Assembly: GCF_006345805.1 (NCBI RefSeq)
Contig: NC_043001.1
Coordinates: 107,632,001 to 107,696,000, forward strand
Direction: 5' to 3'
DNA length: 64,000 nt
Origin: Octopus sinensis
Taxonomy: Eukaryota
The position numbers and the translations under genes are program-made. The notes beneath the pieces were generated by a model. It was not told the origin of the DNA, did no database searches, and saw only the letters and a list, made by a program, of their open reading frames with translations. The first letter of the stretch is position 1. Each line of letters starts with the position of its first letter. Positions 38,896-53,547 of this stretch are shown here, piece after piece.

Positions 38896-41180
38896 CATGC
38901 ATGCATTCATACACACATCACAGACATATATACAGATATGTGTACATGTTTGTGTGTGTGTATATATATATATATACATACATCTCTCTCCACACACACT
39001 CACACGCATCCACACACAAACGAGCACACAGACTAACACACACACACACACACACACAAACACAGAGGCATACAGTAACTCTACTCCATTCTGCCAAGTA
39101 TTCCAAAGGAATATTTTCATTCCGTAATCGTTCAAATAATGTCGTGACTCCGAAAAGGAAGAATAAATCATTTTCACACCACCGTAGACGACAGCAACAA
39201 TAACATCACCACCACCAACAACAACAACAACAACAATAATTTGTGATTGAGCATAAACTCAGTAATTTGAAGATTGGTACAGCTCAGCCGATTACGTTGA
39301 CCTTATTATTTACCAGGTATGTCATTTTATCGACTCCAGACCGATGAAAGGTAAAATTGGCCTCGGTAAGATTTGACCTCACAATATTATGAACCAAAAG
39401 AAATACAAGCAAAGCATTTTGTACGACACCCTCACGCCCCTTATTTTCCGCTGTTCCTTATGATCATTTCTGATTTGGTATAAGGGCAACGTTTTTGAAG
39501 GGAGAGTTTAGTGAGTACCATGGCTTGATTGGTACTGTAATTTAGTCATCCAAGAGAAATGAAAGTAAAGTCAACATCGATTGACTCAAAAGGTCAGGAG
39601 AAATGGTGCCAAAGAGTTCATTTCCGTAACGTTTCTGGAAATCCGCTGCACTTGTAGCAACGAAATAGTTGCCGAAGGGTTGATAAAGATAGTCTGCAGC
39701 AGTAACAAGTTTAAACAAGTTCAGACATCCTTGCCAATTCTAGATTTGAACCGTTCAGAGTCGCCCTACATAGCATTGGCGGGACAGGGAATTATGGAAA
39801 TTATTCTGAAATGGGTGGGTTTACAGATCACCTGATTTCATTGAGGAAGCCATTGTCAAGCAACAGATTTGGGTTTCTATGCTCCAACAATTTTTTTCAC
39901 TGACGATGAAAAATCTAGCATCTCGTTTTTCGCTAAAGTCTACAAACTTTCTTGTTCTGATAATATTGCTTCAAATCTAGATTTGGCAAGGATGTCTGAA
40001 CTTGTTTGAACTTGTTACTGCTGCAGACGCGTCAGAAGTAAGATATATATACAGCGGAAGCCATTTTCTAACAGAAAGATAAATACGAACCAACCTGGAA
40101 GTATCTAGGTTCCATGCACTAACATTTGATTGATTTTGTTTTTGGTGTGTATAGGGTCCACAGGGAGCTGAGTACTGAACTGTCAATCATCTGGTGCATA
40201 TAATCTATATAATAATCTGCTTGTTCGTTCGCCCGTTATACTTTCGTTAGTTAAAGAGTTGGAGGTGGTGTGAGTAAGAAGTGAAGTAAAAGTGAGAGTG
40301 AGAAGGGAGGACTGTTAGTAGAGAAGAGAGTGGAGGAAATGGAGAAGTAGATAAAGATGTATAATAAGGCCAAATGCGGTACGTGGTTTGTTGAAGGGAG
40401 AGGTTGAAGAACGAGAGAAAAAGATGGTGATAGAAAAGAGGGAGAGAGAAGTGTTAACGACGTGCTGCAGGGGTGGGTAGGGAAAGGTCAAGAGAAAGAG
40501 ATCTGTTTAGGATACAATATTTAGCAGAGTGTGATGTTCTGCTTGTGAGGTTAAAGAAAAAGAAAGGCAGATAAAGGGAGATGGACAGGGGTGGCAGCAG
40601 GAAAATGTAGATATAAAAGAACAGCAAATAAAAAAAGTAGCTATAAACAAGAAAATGAATGGGAAATTAAATGAGCGTCGTAACTGAAGACTAAAGTGAT
40701 GATGAAAGTGGTGGTGGTGGTAGTGGTGGTGTGGGTATGCGTGTGAGTATTGATAGTGAAAAGTATTTATTTTTTTTTATTGGATCAAATCTATAACAAT
40801 ATTCTTCTACCTGGTCACGTACACTTCACGCTTTAGCTTGTGAGAAAGGAAAAGTAGGAGTGAAAGAAAGAAAATGGAATGTGAGTGTGAGCGAGAGAAC
40901 GGACTGACAGCCGACGCCTCCGACTGTCACATATGTGACTAGTGAAAGTGAGAAAGAAATGTTAGGGAGATGAAGAGAGGAATAACACGGTTAAAAAGAT
41001 TGTTGATGAAGTAGAGACGAAGAGAGAAAGAAATATGAAGTGCTTAGTAGGGAGAAATTTTAAATCATTTATTATTGTGACTGGAAGTGAAATATCTTAG
41101 CAAAATAAAAATTCTATGGAATTTCCATGGGTCCCACTATTATATATAACATATATAATATATATAATGCTCATATAGAC

Positions 41181-41586
41181 GTAGGAGTGGCTGTGTGGTA
41201 AGTAGCTTGCTTACCAACCACATGGTTCCGGATTCAGTCCCACTGCGTGGCACCTTGGGCAAGTGTCTTCTACTATAACCTCGGGTAAACCAAAGCCTTG
41301 TGAGTGGATTTGGTAGACGGAAACTGAAAGAAGCCTGTCGTATATATGTATATGTATATATATTTATATATATGTGTGTGTGTGTTTGTGTGTCTGTGTT
41401 TGTCTCCCAACATCGCTTGACAACTGATACTGGTGTGTTTACGTCCCCGTAACTTAGCGGTTAGGCAAAAGAGACCAATAGAATAAGTACTAGGCTTACG
41501 AAGAATAAGTCCTGGATCGATTTGCTCGACTAAAGGCGGTGCTCCAGCATGGCCACAGTCAAATGACTGAAACAAATAAAAGAGTA
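41181..41586 (+). mobile_element. tRNA-derived SINE, family B (full length, CORE-like ccttgggcaagt block)
   Basis: Head ggagtggctgtgtggtaag, B-box-like ggattcagtccc, internal (TA)(TG)n, tail ggcggtgctccagcatggcc..gactgaaacaaataaaagag. Confidence 0.9.
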
Positions 41587-41614
41587 TATAATATATATAT
41601 ATACATATACATTC

Positions 41615-42015
41615 TTTTATTCTTTTATTTGTTTCAGTCATTTGACTGCGGCCATGCAGGAGTACCGCCTTTGGTCGAACAAATTCGACCCCAGGACATA
41701 TTTCTTAATGCTAGATCTTATTCTATTTTTTGCTGACCCTAGAAGTTACATGAATGTAAACACGCCAACAACGGTTGTGAAGCGGTGATAGCAGGGCAAA
41801 CACAAACACAAAGACACATAATTAAATAAATAAATAAATAAATACATACACACGATGGGCTTCTTTCAGTTTTCATTTACCAATTCAACTCACAAGGCTT
41901 TGGTCGCTCTGAGGCCATTGTAGAAGGCACTCGCCCAAGGTACCATGCAGTAGCACTAAACCCGAAACCACCATGTGGTTGGAAAGCAAGCATCTTCCAC
42001 GCATCCGCCCCTACG
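41615..42015 (-). mobile_element. SINE family B (diverged), tail-to-tail with the 41181 copy
   Basis: ttgtttcagtcatttgactgcggccatgc.. through ..acaaggctttggtc..gcccaaggtaccatgcag. Confidence 0.8.
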
Positions 42016-42074
42016 CCACTGTGTATGTGCGCGCGCGTGTATATGTGTGTGTGTGTGTGTATGTGTGTGTGTGT

Positions 42075-42116
<42 letters not shown>

Positions 42117-42209
42117 ATGTATATATGTATATAATATATACCGAGTGCGATGTATATACTGTCGACTATAGTACGCATAAATGAAAATAACACTGACATC
42201 TCAATATAT

Positions 42210-43030
42210 TTACTAACATTGCATAAAATTATCTTGAAATACTAAAGAGAAAATTTATTCAATAAAATCACCATTGGCTTCAACTATGACCTCCATACGA
42301 CTTCGGAATATCCTGCAACTCTTCTGGATAGTCACCTTGTCTACGTTAGTGAATGCTGCCATAATCCTTGCCTTCAGTCCATCTTTGGTGCTACAAGAAG
42401 TTTTGCTGGCCCCTCGGTCAACTGTGCTCCACATATAATAATCAAAGGGTTGCAGTCTGGGGAGTAGCTGGCCTGATTTTAGGGGTGATGTGGTCGCAGA
42501 AATTGTCTGACAGCCATGACTGGATTCTCATGCTTGTGTGCCATGGTTCAGAGTCCCGTTGCCGGACATAGGGTCTTCCAGTAGCCATCCTTTTCCCCCA
42601 GGGCAGCATTACTTCCTCCAGGCACTTGATGTAGGGCTCTGTGTTCAATCTAAAGCCACGTCGGAAGGTGAATGGAGGAATAACATTGCTATCACTAGTG
42701 ATCACTTCAAATACCATGATGTTGATTGGATGTTTGATTTTTATCACTCTTAGTACACGTGCTCACATTTCGCTGTCCTTAGATTGGCACCCAAACACTC
42801 TGAAATATTCGTAGTGGAGCTTCCAACGCGAATTCCAAGCAGTACAGCATGTTTCCAAATTGCGTCACGCTGCTGATTTTCTCACAGATGGTGCCCAACT
42901 CACCCTACTATACTGTGTAGTCGACAAAATCAAAAACAAATTATGTGCATGCACCAAATTAAAGATATAATATGGTAACAATTTACCCATCGCACACGTA
43001 CACCATACACAATGCGAGGTTCGGTTTACC
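42210..43030 (-). mobile_element. Degenerate Tc1/mariner transposase, DD37D (maT-type)
   Basis: Minus strand: KHPINIMVF.VITSD, LNTEPYIKCLEEVMLPW, RQRDS.P.HTS, then frameshifted SPDCNP.DYY.W. About 37 residues between the second and third catalytic D. TIRs not resolved. Confidence 0.85.
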
Positions 43031-43814
43031 AAATTTAGTGACGAAGCGTTGTTCAATCTGAAACTATGCTAAAATGAAATATTCGCAAGGTAACAGGCAA
43101 TACCATTCACCATGGAAAACAACTAGCTAAAACATGATGACGGACAATTAAATAGCACGAAATTGGGAGACAAAAACATCGTCAGGCAAGGGTGGAATAG
43201 ACCACTGGCTAACATAATAGATAAGAAATATTGGATTATATAGGGACAGTAACGCAGAATTTCTGGTGAGTTCAGTAACAAATATTCTACATTCCTTCCA
43301 CGTGACCGGATATTTATTTTCATTCTGTAACCGTATATCTATAATATTACGTTAAACAGAATGAATCTAGTTTTGCTTCTTTCAAAATTATTTGTTCGAA
43401 TTTAGAAAGAGCAAACCCGTATTATCAAAGATCTTTCTGTCATTCCATTAGTGACCCATTAAAGAATATCCCGTTTTACAACGAATCGGCTTTAAGTCGA
43501 AATTTTGAATCATTGATTTGCTGCGACCTTCTTGAAAGATTCTACTTTCGAGGGTACTTGTAGCGAGCGGATGATGTAGATAAACATTTCTTCCACTAGA
43601 AAAGTGTTTTTGTTTTCATCGTTATCATTTGGAATATTGCTGATGCCAAAAGAATTTATAAACTTCACAGAACATGAAATAACTCTTTTGGGGAACGTTT
43701 GATCTCGAAACAGATATGTTTAAAATATCAGCGTGTAAATACAGGTAATATAAAACTCAGAACGTACAAACATACCAGCTTGCAAACGATTCTGCGAGCA
43801 TGACTCCTTACAGC

Positions 43815-44020
43815 GTGTAAATCTAGGTTTCAAATTTTAGCACAAGGCCAGCAATGCGGGGGAAAGGGGTCAACCATTCCCAGTGGTCAACTGATACGTA
43901 TTTTATTAAGTCCCGAAAAACGAAAGGCGAAGTCGACCTCGGCGGAATTTGAACTCAGAACGTACAGACGTACAGAATGCCGCAAAGCATTTTACCCGCT
44001 TGCAAACGATTCTGCTAGCT
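43815..44020 (-). mobile_element. SINE family A
   Basis: aaggcgaagtcgacctcggcggaatttgaactcagaacgtac. The head segment is also partly duplicated at about 43755-43815. Confidence 0.8.
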
Positions 44021-44811
44021 CGACTCCCGACAGCGGGTAACTACTGCGATTAAAAAAAAAAGTTTCAGATAGAAAAAGGCGAAGGCAACCCCAAAAGAAT
44101 TCCTGTTCTCGAGACGTTCTTAAATTCTAATGACATCAACAACATAAAATTGTTTCCGATAAGAATAAAGTTGCTTAAATGGATAAAGAACTTCAAAGGA
44201 TTCCTTTGTTCCGATAGTAAAACGCCTGTTCTGTTTACAGATGTGTGTTCGAATATCACGGACAGCCTTCGACTCTTTCTGGCAAAAGAGTTATTTAATC
44301 CAACATTTACACGCTTTTACTCATAGCTTATCCGCATCGCGACCCGACATTGAAAAATAATTATTTGCAATATTTTTTACACCTTCTTACTCTGCTTTAG
44401 ATCACTTTATTCTGTTCGACAGCCCCAATAGATTCTTTATTACATTTATATAACTTTTCTATCACGTTTATTCAGCTTTTCATATTTCATGAAATAGGCT
44501 GTGTATAGAAATTTTACCGAAGATATTGCAAATTATTGCTTCCACTTTGAATGTTCTGGATAACTAGGGGTTCTTTTGTGCTTTTCGTGCTTATTCAGGC
44601 TCTCTTATAATTTTCTGACTCGTTAATTTTGATCATTTATATTTTATTTCATTTCATTGATGTGTTTTGTATTTCCCTATAAAATTCGTTTACTTTTCTT
44701 CTCCGCGCAATATCTCTATGTAATTTCTGTATCTGACTATTCCCTATAAATCATTCTGACACCTTTCGTTTTTGGATTTGGTTTGTAAGATTCGTGTGTT
44801 GAAGCATATTC

Positions 44812-45057
44812 TGTTGTGTCTGGGGAGAGCAATTTTCTTTTTGTGCCTTATTATGTAAAATTTCCACGTTTTTCTTATTATGTAAAATTTCCACGTTTTT
44901 CTTATTTTTTATTGTCCTAAAACTATTCAAAAAAGATTACACGACGCAACAAAAATTTTAGGACAATAAAAAATAAGAAAAACGTGGAAATTTTACCGGT
45001 GAGTGTGATACATAAGAAGGCACAAAAAGAAAATGACTCTCCCCAGACACAATAGAA
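44812..45057. repeat. Fold-back repeat with a 27-bp tandem duplication in the left arm
   Basis: tgttgtgtctggggagag..tttttgtgcctt versus aaggcacaaaaagaaaatgactctccccagacaca, plus an inner 42-bp arm. A related hairpin lies at about 56600-56712. Confidence 0.8.
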
Positions 45058-45730
45058 CATTCTGACATTATTCTTCCCTTTTCTTTCAACATACTGTCTT
45101 CACCTTTTTCCCTACATCAAATTCATTCATTTCTATATCTTCCCGGTTTCAATGCTTTACCTCAACTGCTACTTTATCAAACTTCATTCACTCCTCGTAA
45201 GTTTCTTAAATTCCAAAACAATTCTGACATGAGATTTTTCATTGGCTGCAAATATTACAGCTAATACCCTGTACCAATGCAGAGTAATTCTTTTTATTCA
45301 GAGGTAATTTAGTCCCTCAAAAGTTTCCATTATTTTTAACCAACAGTCAATCATATTACCCCAATAGACTCCATCACTTTTGAAAAGTCACAAATTCTCA
45401 AACAATCAGCTTTAAATACTTATTTGATTATTTGCCAAATAACTCATATTGCAACATTTCCTGACCTTATTTAAACCATTGTATTCTTCCCCAAAGTTGA
45501 CTTCTATCTGCTGATCGGTTACGTGAAACACATAGTAAAAAGTTTAGAAGTTTGTCAGCTGCAGTAAAACTATAATTTTCTCTACGTTTGGTATTCAAGT
45601 AAAATTTTCTCCCCAATGGTTTTACTACACCTTTAGACCTATCTCTCTCTCTGCCCTCTCTCAATTTCTGTGTTGGTGTGTGTGCACATGTGTGTGTCTC
45701 TCTCACACACACACATATATACATATAGAT

Positions 45731-45762
<32 letters not shown>

Positions 45763-46429
45763 TATACATACACACACACACATATATATATATGTGTGTG
45801 TGTGCATATACAGGTGTATGTGCATTAGACGTGTGCGTGTATATATATATATATATATATATATATGATATATATATATATAAGTATGTATATATGTAAA
45901 TGTATATGTGTGTGTGTGTGTGCATATTCTTTAAAATTACATAATGTCCATGATAATTGGGACCAATGTAGAATGTGAGAGACATGGTGGGAAAGAAAAG
46001 TGGAAAACGATGGGGAGAGAGAGAGAGAAAGAGGAAGAGAGAGAACGGGGGGAAAGAGTTGAGAGAAAGATTAAGGTTGGGGCGGAGAATACATCGATTG
46101 TAAAGGCAAGAGGTGAAGAAGAAGAAGAAGAGAAGAAGAAGAAGAAGAAGAAGAAGAGATAAAGATAGAAAAACAGGAGAGGAGAAGGAAGAAAGAGAGG
46201 ATGATCAAGAAGGAAAAGAGTGAGGAGGGGCAAAAGAAAAAAGAAGTAGATTAGAGAGGAAAAGAACAAGGAAAAAGAAGCAATATATCATTACGGCGAT
46301 GATCATGATGATGACGACGACGATGATGATGATAATGATGGTGATGATGATGATGATGATTAGAAGGGGTAACACGGGGAAGTTGTAGGGAAGGCAATTG
46401 GACGTTGGCGCGTTACCGGAGTTAGAGAG

Positions 46430-46538
46430 AACTGAGAGAGAGAGAGAGAGAGAGTGAGGGAGAGAAATAGAGATAGAGAGAAAGAGAGGGAGAAGGAGAG
46501 GAAGAAAGAGACAGGCAGGCAGATAGACAGAAAAAGAC

Positions 46539-46579
<41 letters not shown>

Positions 46580-46591
46580 TGAGAGAGAGAA

Positions 46592-46673
<82 letters not shown>

Positions 46674-46710
46674 CGGAGGGAGAGAACGCACAGAGAGACA
46701 CACAGACAGA
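46430..46710. repeat. (GA)n purine-rich microsatellite
   Basis: Direct reading. Confidence 0.95.
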
Positions 46711-47547
46711 CAGACAATAAAACGAAGAACAGAGAAAGGGTAATAGCAGTACCAAGAACGCAAAAATATTCAGCGATCTCCAAACGTAACACGTGTGTTG
46801 TGGCATGTGGTTAGATGTGTACGTGTGTGCGTATGTACTTAGGCCTTGTATATAGGTACACTCTGTGTGTCTGTGTGTGTGTGTGTGTTCGTGAGCCAGT
46901 GCATGCATACCTTCATGTGTGTTATTGTTTAGGCTTCCTTTCCTCTTTCTACTTTTGTGTGTTTGAACAGGCAGGTGTTAGCAAAGGTCAATGAGCGAGG
47001 GAACTTCTACGTGGCTGCCAGTTCGTGCTAGAAATAGCAACCAAACTTGCTACCAAATCATGCCTTACCATCTTTAGAAATAAAAGAGAAAATAAATTCA
47101 ATATTTTAGTCCTACAAACAAACTAAATCGACAGGATGGTCGTTGCTGGTTGACTCTGATAACAGTTCTACTTAATAACAATTTAATTTTGCCTCAACAG
47201 CAGCAAAAACAACAACACAGTGACTCGTATCCTTTGTGTGTTGCGCTTGTTTATAAATTCCATTTGATTATAATCATAAATGCATGTGTCTGGTCTCTCA
47301 ATCCTTTTTACACTTCTACCTACCTGTATTTGTGTGTGTGTGCGTGTGTGTGTATATATATGTCTGTGCGCGTGCACACGTGTGTGGGTTAATCTGCATT
47401 TATATGGGTTCTCTATGTTATCTACACCTCTCATAATATATTATATATATCTATATATATTATATATATATACATTATGTATGTATGTATGTTGTATGTA
47501 TGTATGTTGCATGCATGTATAATGTATATGTATATATATATATTATA

Positions 47548-47578
<31 letters not shown>

Positions 47579-47585
47579 ATATACA

Positions 47586-47646
<61 letters not shown>

Positions 47647-47655
47647 TGTGTATAT

Positions 47656-47697
<42 letters not shown>

Positions 47698-47820
47698 GCA
47701 AAGTAATTTATTTTACTAAGCCCTTTTATATAATATATATATATATATATCTATATATGTATGTACGTATGTATGTATACGTGCACCTACGCACACAAAC
47801 GCATTCACACACACATATAA

Positions 47821-47882
<62 letters not shown>

Positions 47883-49524
47883 GATGGATGGATGGATGGA
47901 TGGATAGATGAATGTATGCATGCATTTGGCTTGGGAGCGTGTATACAGTGCTGTGTTGGTGCATCTCTACCTGTATATATTCCTGTGTGTATATATACAT
48001 GTCATATCACACCGTTTTTGCATGTGCATTTCTGTACATTTGTTTTTCTATCGAGTCAGGACGTTTGGGGTTTTGCATTTAATAAAATGAAGGAAAAAGA
48101 TGGAAAGATTTGAATTTTGTCGGTGAAAGCAGACATATATTGAAAGTGAGAGAAATAAATAAGATGAGTTAATAGTGAAAGTAAAGAGAACGGAAAATGG
48201 ATGGAGTTGGTGAGAAAAGGAAGAAGAGCAAACAGAAAAAAAGGAAGAGAGAGAGAGAGAGAGAGTGAGAGAAAGAAAGAGAAACTAGGAGGAGGAATGA
48301 AAGAAGCTGAGAGAAAGAAACGGAAGAGTATAAGGATGGAGGAATATATGTCCCAAGTGATGTGATGAGAATGCATGCAACAGACGAAGGTAAAATGAAT
48401 GAAAGAAAAACAGAATAATAAGAAAATATGGTGGAGAGAGAAACAAAGAGGGAAATAGAAAAGAAAAGAGAGAGAGAGAGAGAGAGAGAAAGGGATAGAA
48501 AGAAAAACGAAGAGAGAAACAGAGAGAGAGAGAGAGACAACAACACGAGTAAAAAATATAGATGAGCAAAATGTCCCAGGTGTTGTGATGGGAATACATG
48601 TAACGAACAAGTTTCGATGAAAAGTAATAGAGATATATGTAGACGAAAAGAGATAACGAGGCTAGAGGCGTTTACCAATAGAAAATAACCTGTACACAAC
48701 AGAAGCCTATCTTTCCTATTCTGTTCACCGTCTCTTTCTATCTGTGTTTCATTTCTATATTTCATTCTTTTTTTCTCTGCCTTTATCTTCTGACATTTTT
48801 TTCAAAAAAAAAAAAACAAATCATTCTAATTTCCCCGTCTTTAACTTATTAGCCTTCATCCATCAAATAGTTTTGCTTTTATCTTTCCCTCTTCGTGTAT
48901 TATTATAATTATTGTTTTTCTCTTTTTTTTCTCCGTCTTTTTAAACTTGCACGTTATATTAATATCATTTGAAAAAAAAAATCTTTTTACTTTCGACTTC
49001 TTTCAAACATTGATCGGCATGTATACGCGATGGACTGACAAAAATTATCATCATAGCCCCCACCACCACTACTTTCACCAGCAGCAACATCATCATCATT
49101 ATCATCATCCTCATCGTCGTTTTCATTGTCATCGATATTATTTTCCTCAGCATCACCACAATCATCATCACCATTATCATTATATAGTGACAAGTTCCTT
49201 TCGCCAGTGAACCATAAGAAAAAAAAATCTCTTCCGACGTTAGTTTTCTTCTTTTCATCTAGTAGTAGTATTTAGAAAGACATTCTGTCTATTTAGTTTA
49301 GGCGATCTTCCCTTACAAGAGCCACAAACAAGCATCAGGGCTATCCAGGACGTTAGATAATATATTACAACTTCATTTTCGGCTTTTCTCTCATTCTCAG
49401 ATGTTCCCAACTTTTTAATAGGATTTCATTACTGCATCTCACAGTGAAATCTTACTTTCACTTTCGTTTTCAAGGTAGAGCATGCAGTCTTATTAATTTT
49501 GTAATCGGACATTTACTTTAAAAC

Positions 49525-49599
<75 letters not shown>

Positions 49600-50502
49600 G
49601 GTCTATCTATCTATCTTTCTATCTATTCTTCTGCTACTTTGTCTCCTCTTTACTTATAAATCTATTTATTCACCAATATATATATAATTTATTTTTATCT
49701 ACGTAGATATTTATTTTTCTATTATTTTGTTATACATTGCAACATTACTTTTAGCATTACGTACCTGTTTCTCTATCCATCTGTCAACCTATCTATCTAC
49801 CTACCTACCTGCCTGCCTGCCTATCTACCTACCTACCTACCTACCTACCTACCTACCTACCTACCTACCTCTACCACCTACCTACCTACCTATCTACATA
49901 CCTACCTAAATATATACCTCTATCAAACTATACCTAGCTATATATTTATATATTTATATATATATATATAAATCCAGCAATATCTATCTGCCTATCTATT
50001 TATTTTACTCTTTGCCTGCCTGCGTCTCTCTGTGTATCTATATCTATATATTTATCTGTCTATAAACATTTCCAGTATCCTCTCTATCCATCTCTATCCA
50101 TCTACATGTTTCTTTCTCTCTTTATCTCTCTCTTTCTGGATACCAATCAATATAGCTATCTATCTACCTTTTTATCTATGTAACTATCCATCCATCTTAG
50201 TATCTTTCTACCTCTCTATGAGATTTCTTATTTTTTCTGATTACCAAAGTATTTATTTATCTAAACATCTTACTAGCATTGTGTCTTACCATTCACCCAA
50301 ATACTTCTCAACCTTCGTGCCTATTTAAAATTTATTTCTTTATCTTTCCATTTTCTACTTTGATCAGATTTTTCTTCGCCCATATTTTCTATCTCCCGTT
50401 GCATCGTAATATTTCTCTCACTCTCTCCCACTCTGTATAATATTGAAATCCCGTCTAGATACGGGATGAGTCTGCCGTTCATCATAACCTCATCGCTTGC
50501 AG

Positions 50503-50796
50503 AGAAAAATAAAGATGAAACAAGGCGAATGAATGAAGTCTTATTTCTTGAACTAGAAACCCTCCAACGTGAGTACAAGAGAAGCCGACAAGTTGTTGAG
50601 CAGCTGACCAAGGACTATGAGGAATCTAAGGATTTAGACCCCGTCCGACGCTACGAAAAACTTAAAGTAATGGTCAAGCGGACTATAATGCACTTTAAAG
50701 TAAATTCTGAAGAACAAATCAAAGAGGCCGCAGCTGCGGCAGCCTGCCAAGGAACACAGGCAGAGGCACTGAAAAGGCGTGGGGAGAAAAACACAA
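50503..50796 (+). CDS. Internal coding exon, coiled-coil protein of unknown identity ([98 protein letters not shown])
   Basis: Acceptor cctcatcgcttgcAG (50501-50502) and donor GTAAGC (50797). 294 nt, phase 1 at both ends, stop-free. Higher GC than the flanks, with heptad-like L/V/E/K periodicity. Confidence 0.8.
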
Positions 50797-50926
50797 GTAA
50801 GCCCTTTTGTTTAACCTTTTGATTAATGAAACAGTTGTTAATTTTTAAACTTGCATGAATTATTACTGGAAAAACTGGTATGGTTATATAGTTTGTCTGC
50901 TTAAATTTCCGTTTCTCCGATTTTGG

Positions 50927-50967
<41 letters not shown>

Positions 50968-51066
50968 GTGTGTGTGTGTGTGTGTGGTGTGTATGCATGT
51001 ATGTATGTATATATATGTTATGCATATATATATAATATATATATATGCATATATATATGTGTGTAT

Positions 51067-51128
<62 letters not shown>

Positions 51129-51231
51129 ATGTATGTATATATATCTGCTATCTCTTAACATGTTTATATCTCTTATTTTATCTTTTCAACAAGAATATGT
51201 TCATGCATATTATATACATACATCTATATGC

Positions 51232-51298
<67 letters not shown>

Positions 51299-51602
51299 AT
51301 TATAATATATATATGTTATATATATATATAAATATGTATGTATCGGTGTGTATAACTATCTCTCTATTTCTGGGTGTGTGTGTGTGTGTGTGTGCATATC
51401 ACTACAATAATTGCTTTGAATGTTGAAGTCCCAATTGCAAAGTGTTCAAACCTTGCACCACTAACTTTTGCGAAGTTAACGTTTTCTTTCTCCTTGTGCC
51501 ATTACAACTTTCTCGTTCGTTTGTTTTCTTTTCCTATCTTGGTTGTTGTTCTTTCTACGTTGAAATAATAATAATAAGAAGAAGAACAACAACAACAGCA
51601 AC

Positions 51603-51684
<82 letters not shown>

Positions 51685-52270
51685 GCAACAACAACAATAA
51701 TAATAGTATTAATAATAATAATAATGAGAATGTCATAGCTATAGCAGTAATGAAAAAAAATGTGTTTGTTTCTATACTATAATAACGATGCTTATTTCTG
51801 TTCTGTACTAACAACAGCCACAAGTCTGTATCTTATTGGAATTCCTTTGAACTATTTGAATTCTTTGGTACTTTATATATCCGACTATTATCAAACGGCA
51901 TTAAATTTTATCATACTAATTCTAAGATTATTATTATTATTATTCTATGTTTGACTTTTGCTTTATGTCTGTACAAGTTGGCTCCAAGTCTCACCCAGAG
52001 ACCTCAAGAGACAACAGGTTGGAAGTTCTGTGCCATATATTTGGGTTTTTTTTTTTTTGGTGTTGTACTAGTGAATGTCTAATACATAAAAATAAAATTT
52101 TAAAAAATAAATAAATAAAATAAAATAAATAAATAAAAAAAAGCTTGTTTTAAACATTGGGATTACATAGAGAGTATTTATTATTATTATTATTATTATC
52201 ATTATTATTATTGTTGTTGTTGTTGTTGTTATTATTATTATTATTGTTGTTGTTGTTGTTGTTATTATTA

Positions 52271-52338
<68 letters not shown>

Positions 52339-52580
52339 GTTATGATTATTATTATCATTATTATTATCTTTGTAACACTACTCAAAGTTTATAGGCCACC
52401 GTGACACCAGGTCAAAATATCCTATTAAAACACATCTGCTGAGGCTCATTCTAGCCTATGGCTAATTTTAGACGCTTCGATACTGAATTACTTCGTCGAG
52501 TAACAATTTGACTTGCCAGTCTTTTGTTATTACAATATCTACATAGTGCATACACAATTAGCATTGGCTATTTGCATATA

Positions 52581-52661
<81 letters not shown>

Positions 52662-53276
52662 TTATTATCATATCGTTGTGCATATTACATTATTCTCATA
52701 TCTTAGTTATTTCATGTTAATGATCTAACTAATTTTCTTTTAAGTTTCTTACACATACATATTATACACGTACTTATATGCATTCATATGTACACACACA
52801 CACACACACATATATATATATGCACACATATAAATAAATATATATGCAAATATATGTGGATATATATGTGCATAAATATATGTACATATATGTATATGTA
52901 TATATATATATATGAATATATGTATGTATTCACATATATATATGTACTTACATATATAAGTATATATATACACATACATACATATTTATTTATATGTATA
53001 TAATTTATATATATATATATATAATATATATGCTTATACGTATATATATATGTATATATAAGTACGTATATGTGTATACATATTTACACATACATGAGTG
53101 AATGAGTGTGCGCGTGTGTGTGTTTGTGGTGTGTGAGTGCGTTGTATCAAGGAATCGTCCGTAACTCGCAAAATAGCATGGTTAATAATATATACTTGGC
53201 TGGTACCATATTGTGGGTGGCTTTGTAGTCACGGGATGTTACAGTTGGCTGCAGAGAGACACGGAAAGAACTGGAG

Positions 53277-53307
<31 letters not shown>

Positions 53308-53470
53308 CGATGCCCCATGACTCGGCTGGTCCCCATTATCAGTTGAGTTGCCTAAAACAACCAGCCCTGCTAATGTGCCTCGGTCTGGTATCGCGAGTGG
53401 AATGATTTAACCACTTGGCCACGTGCAATTCATATATTCATACACTGTCACATACTCAGGAATACACACA

Positions 53471-53547
<77 letters not shown>

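Noticed and set aside
44069-44326. 85-codon stop-free frame after tttcAG (IEKGEGNPKRIPVLETF..)
   Set aside because: The acceptor is preceded by poly-A rather than pyrimidines. There is no donor or recognisable motif, and this length can occur by chance.
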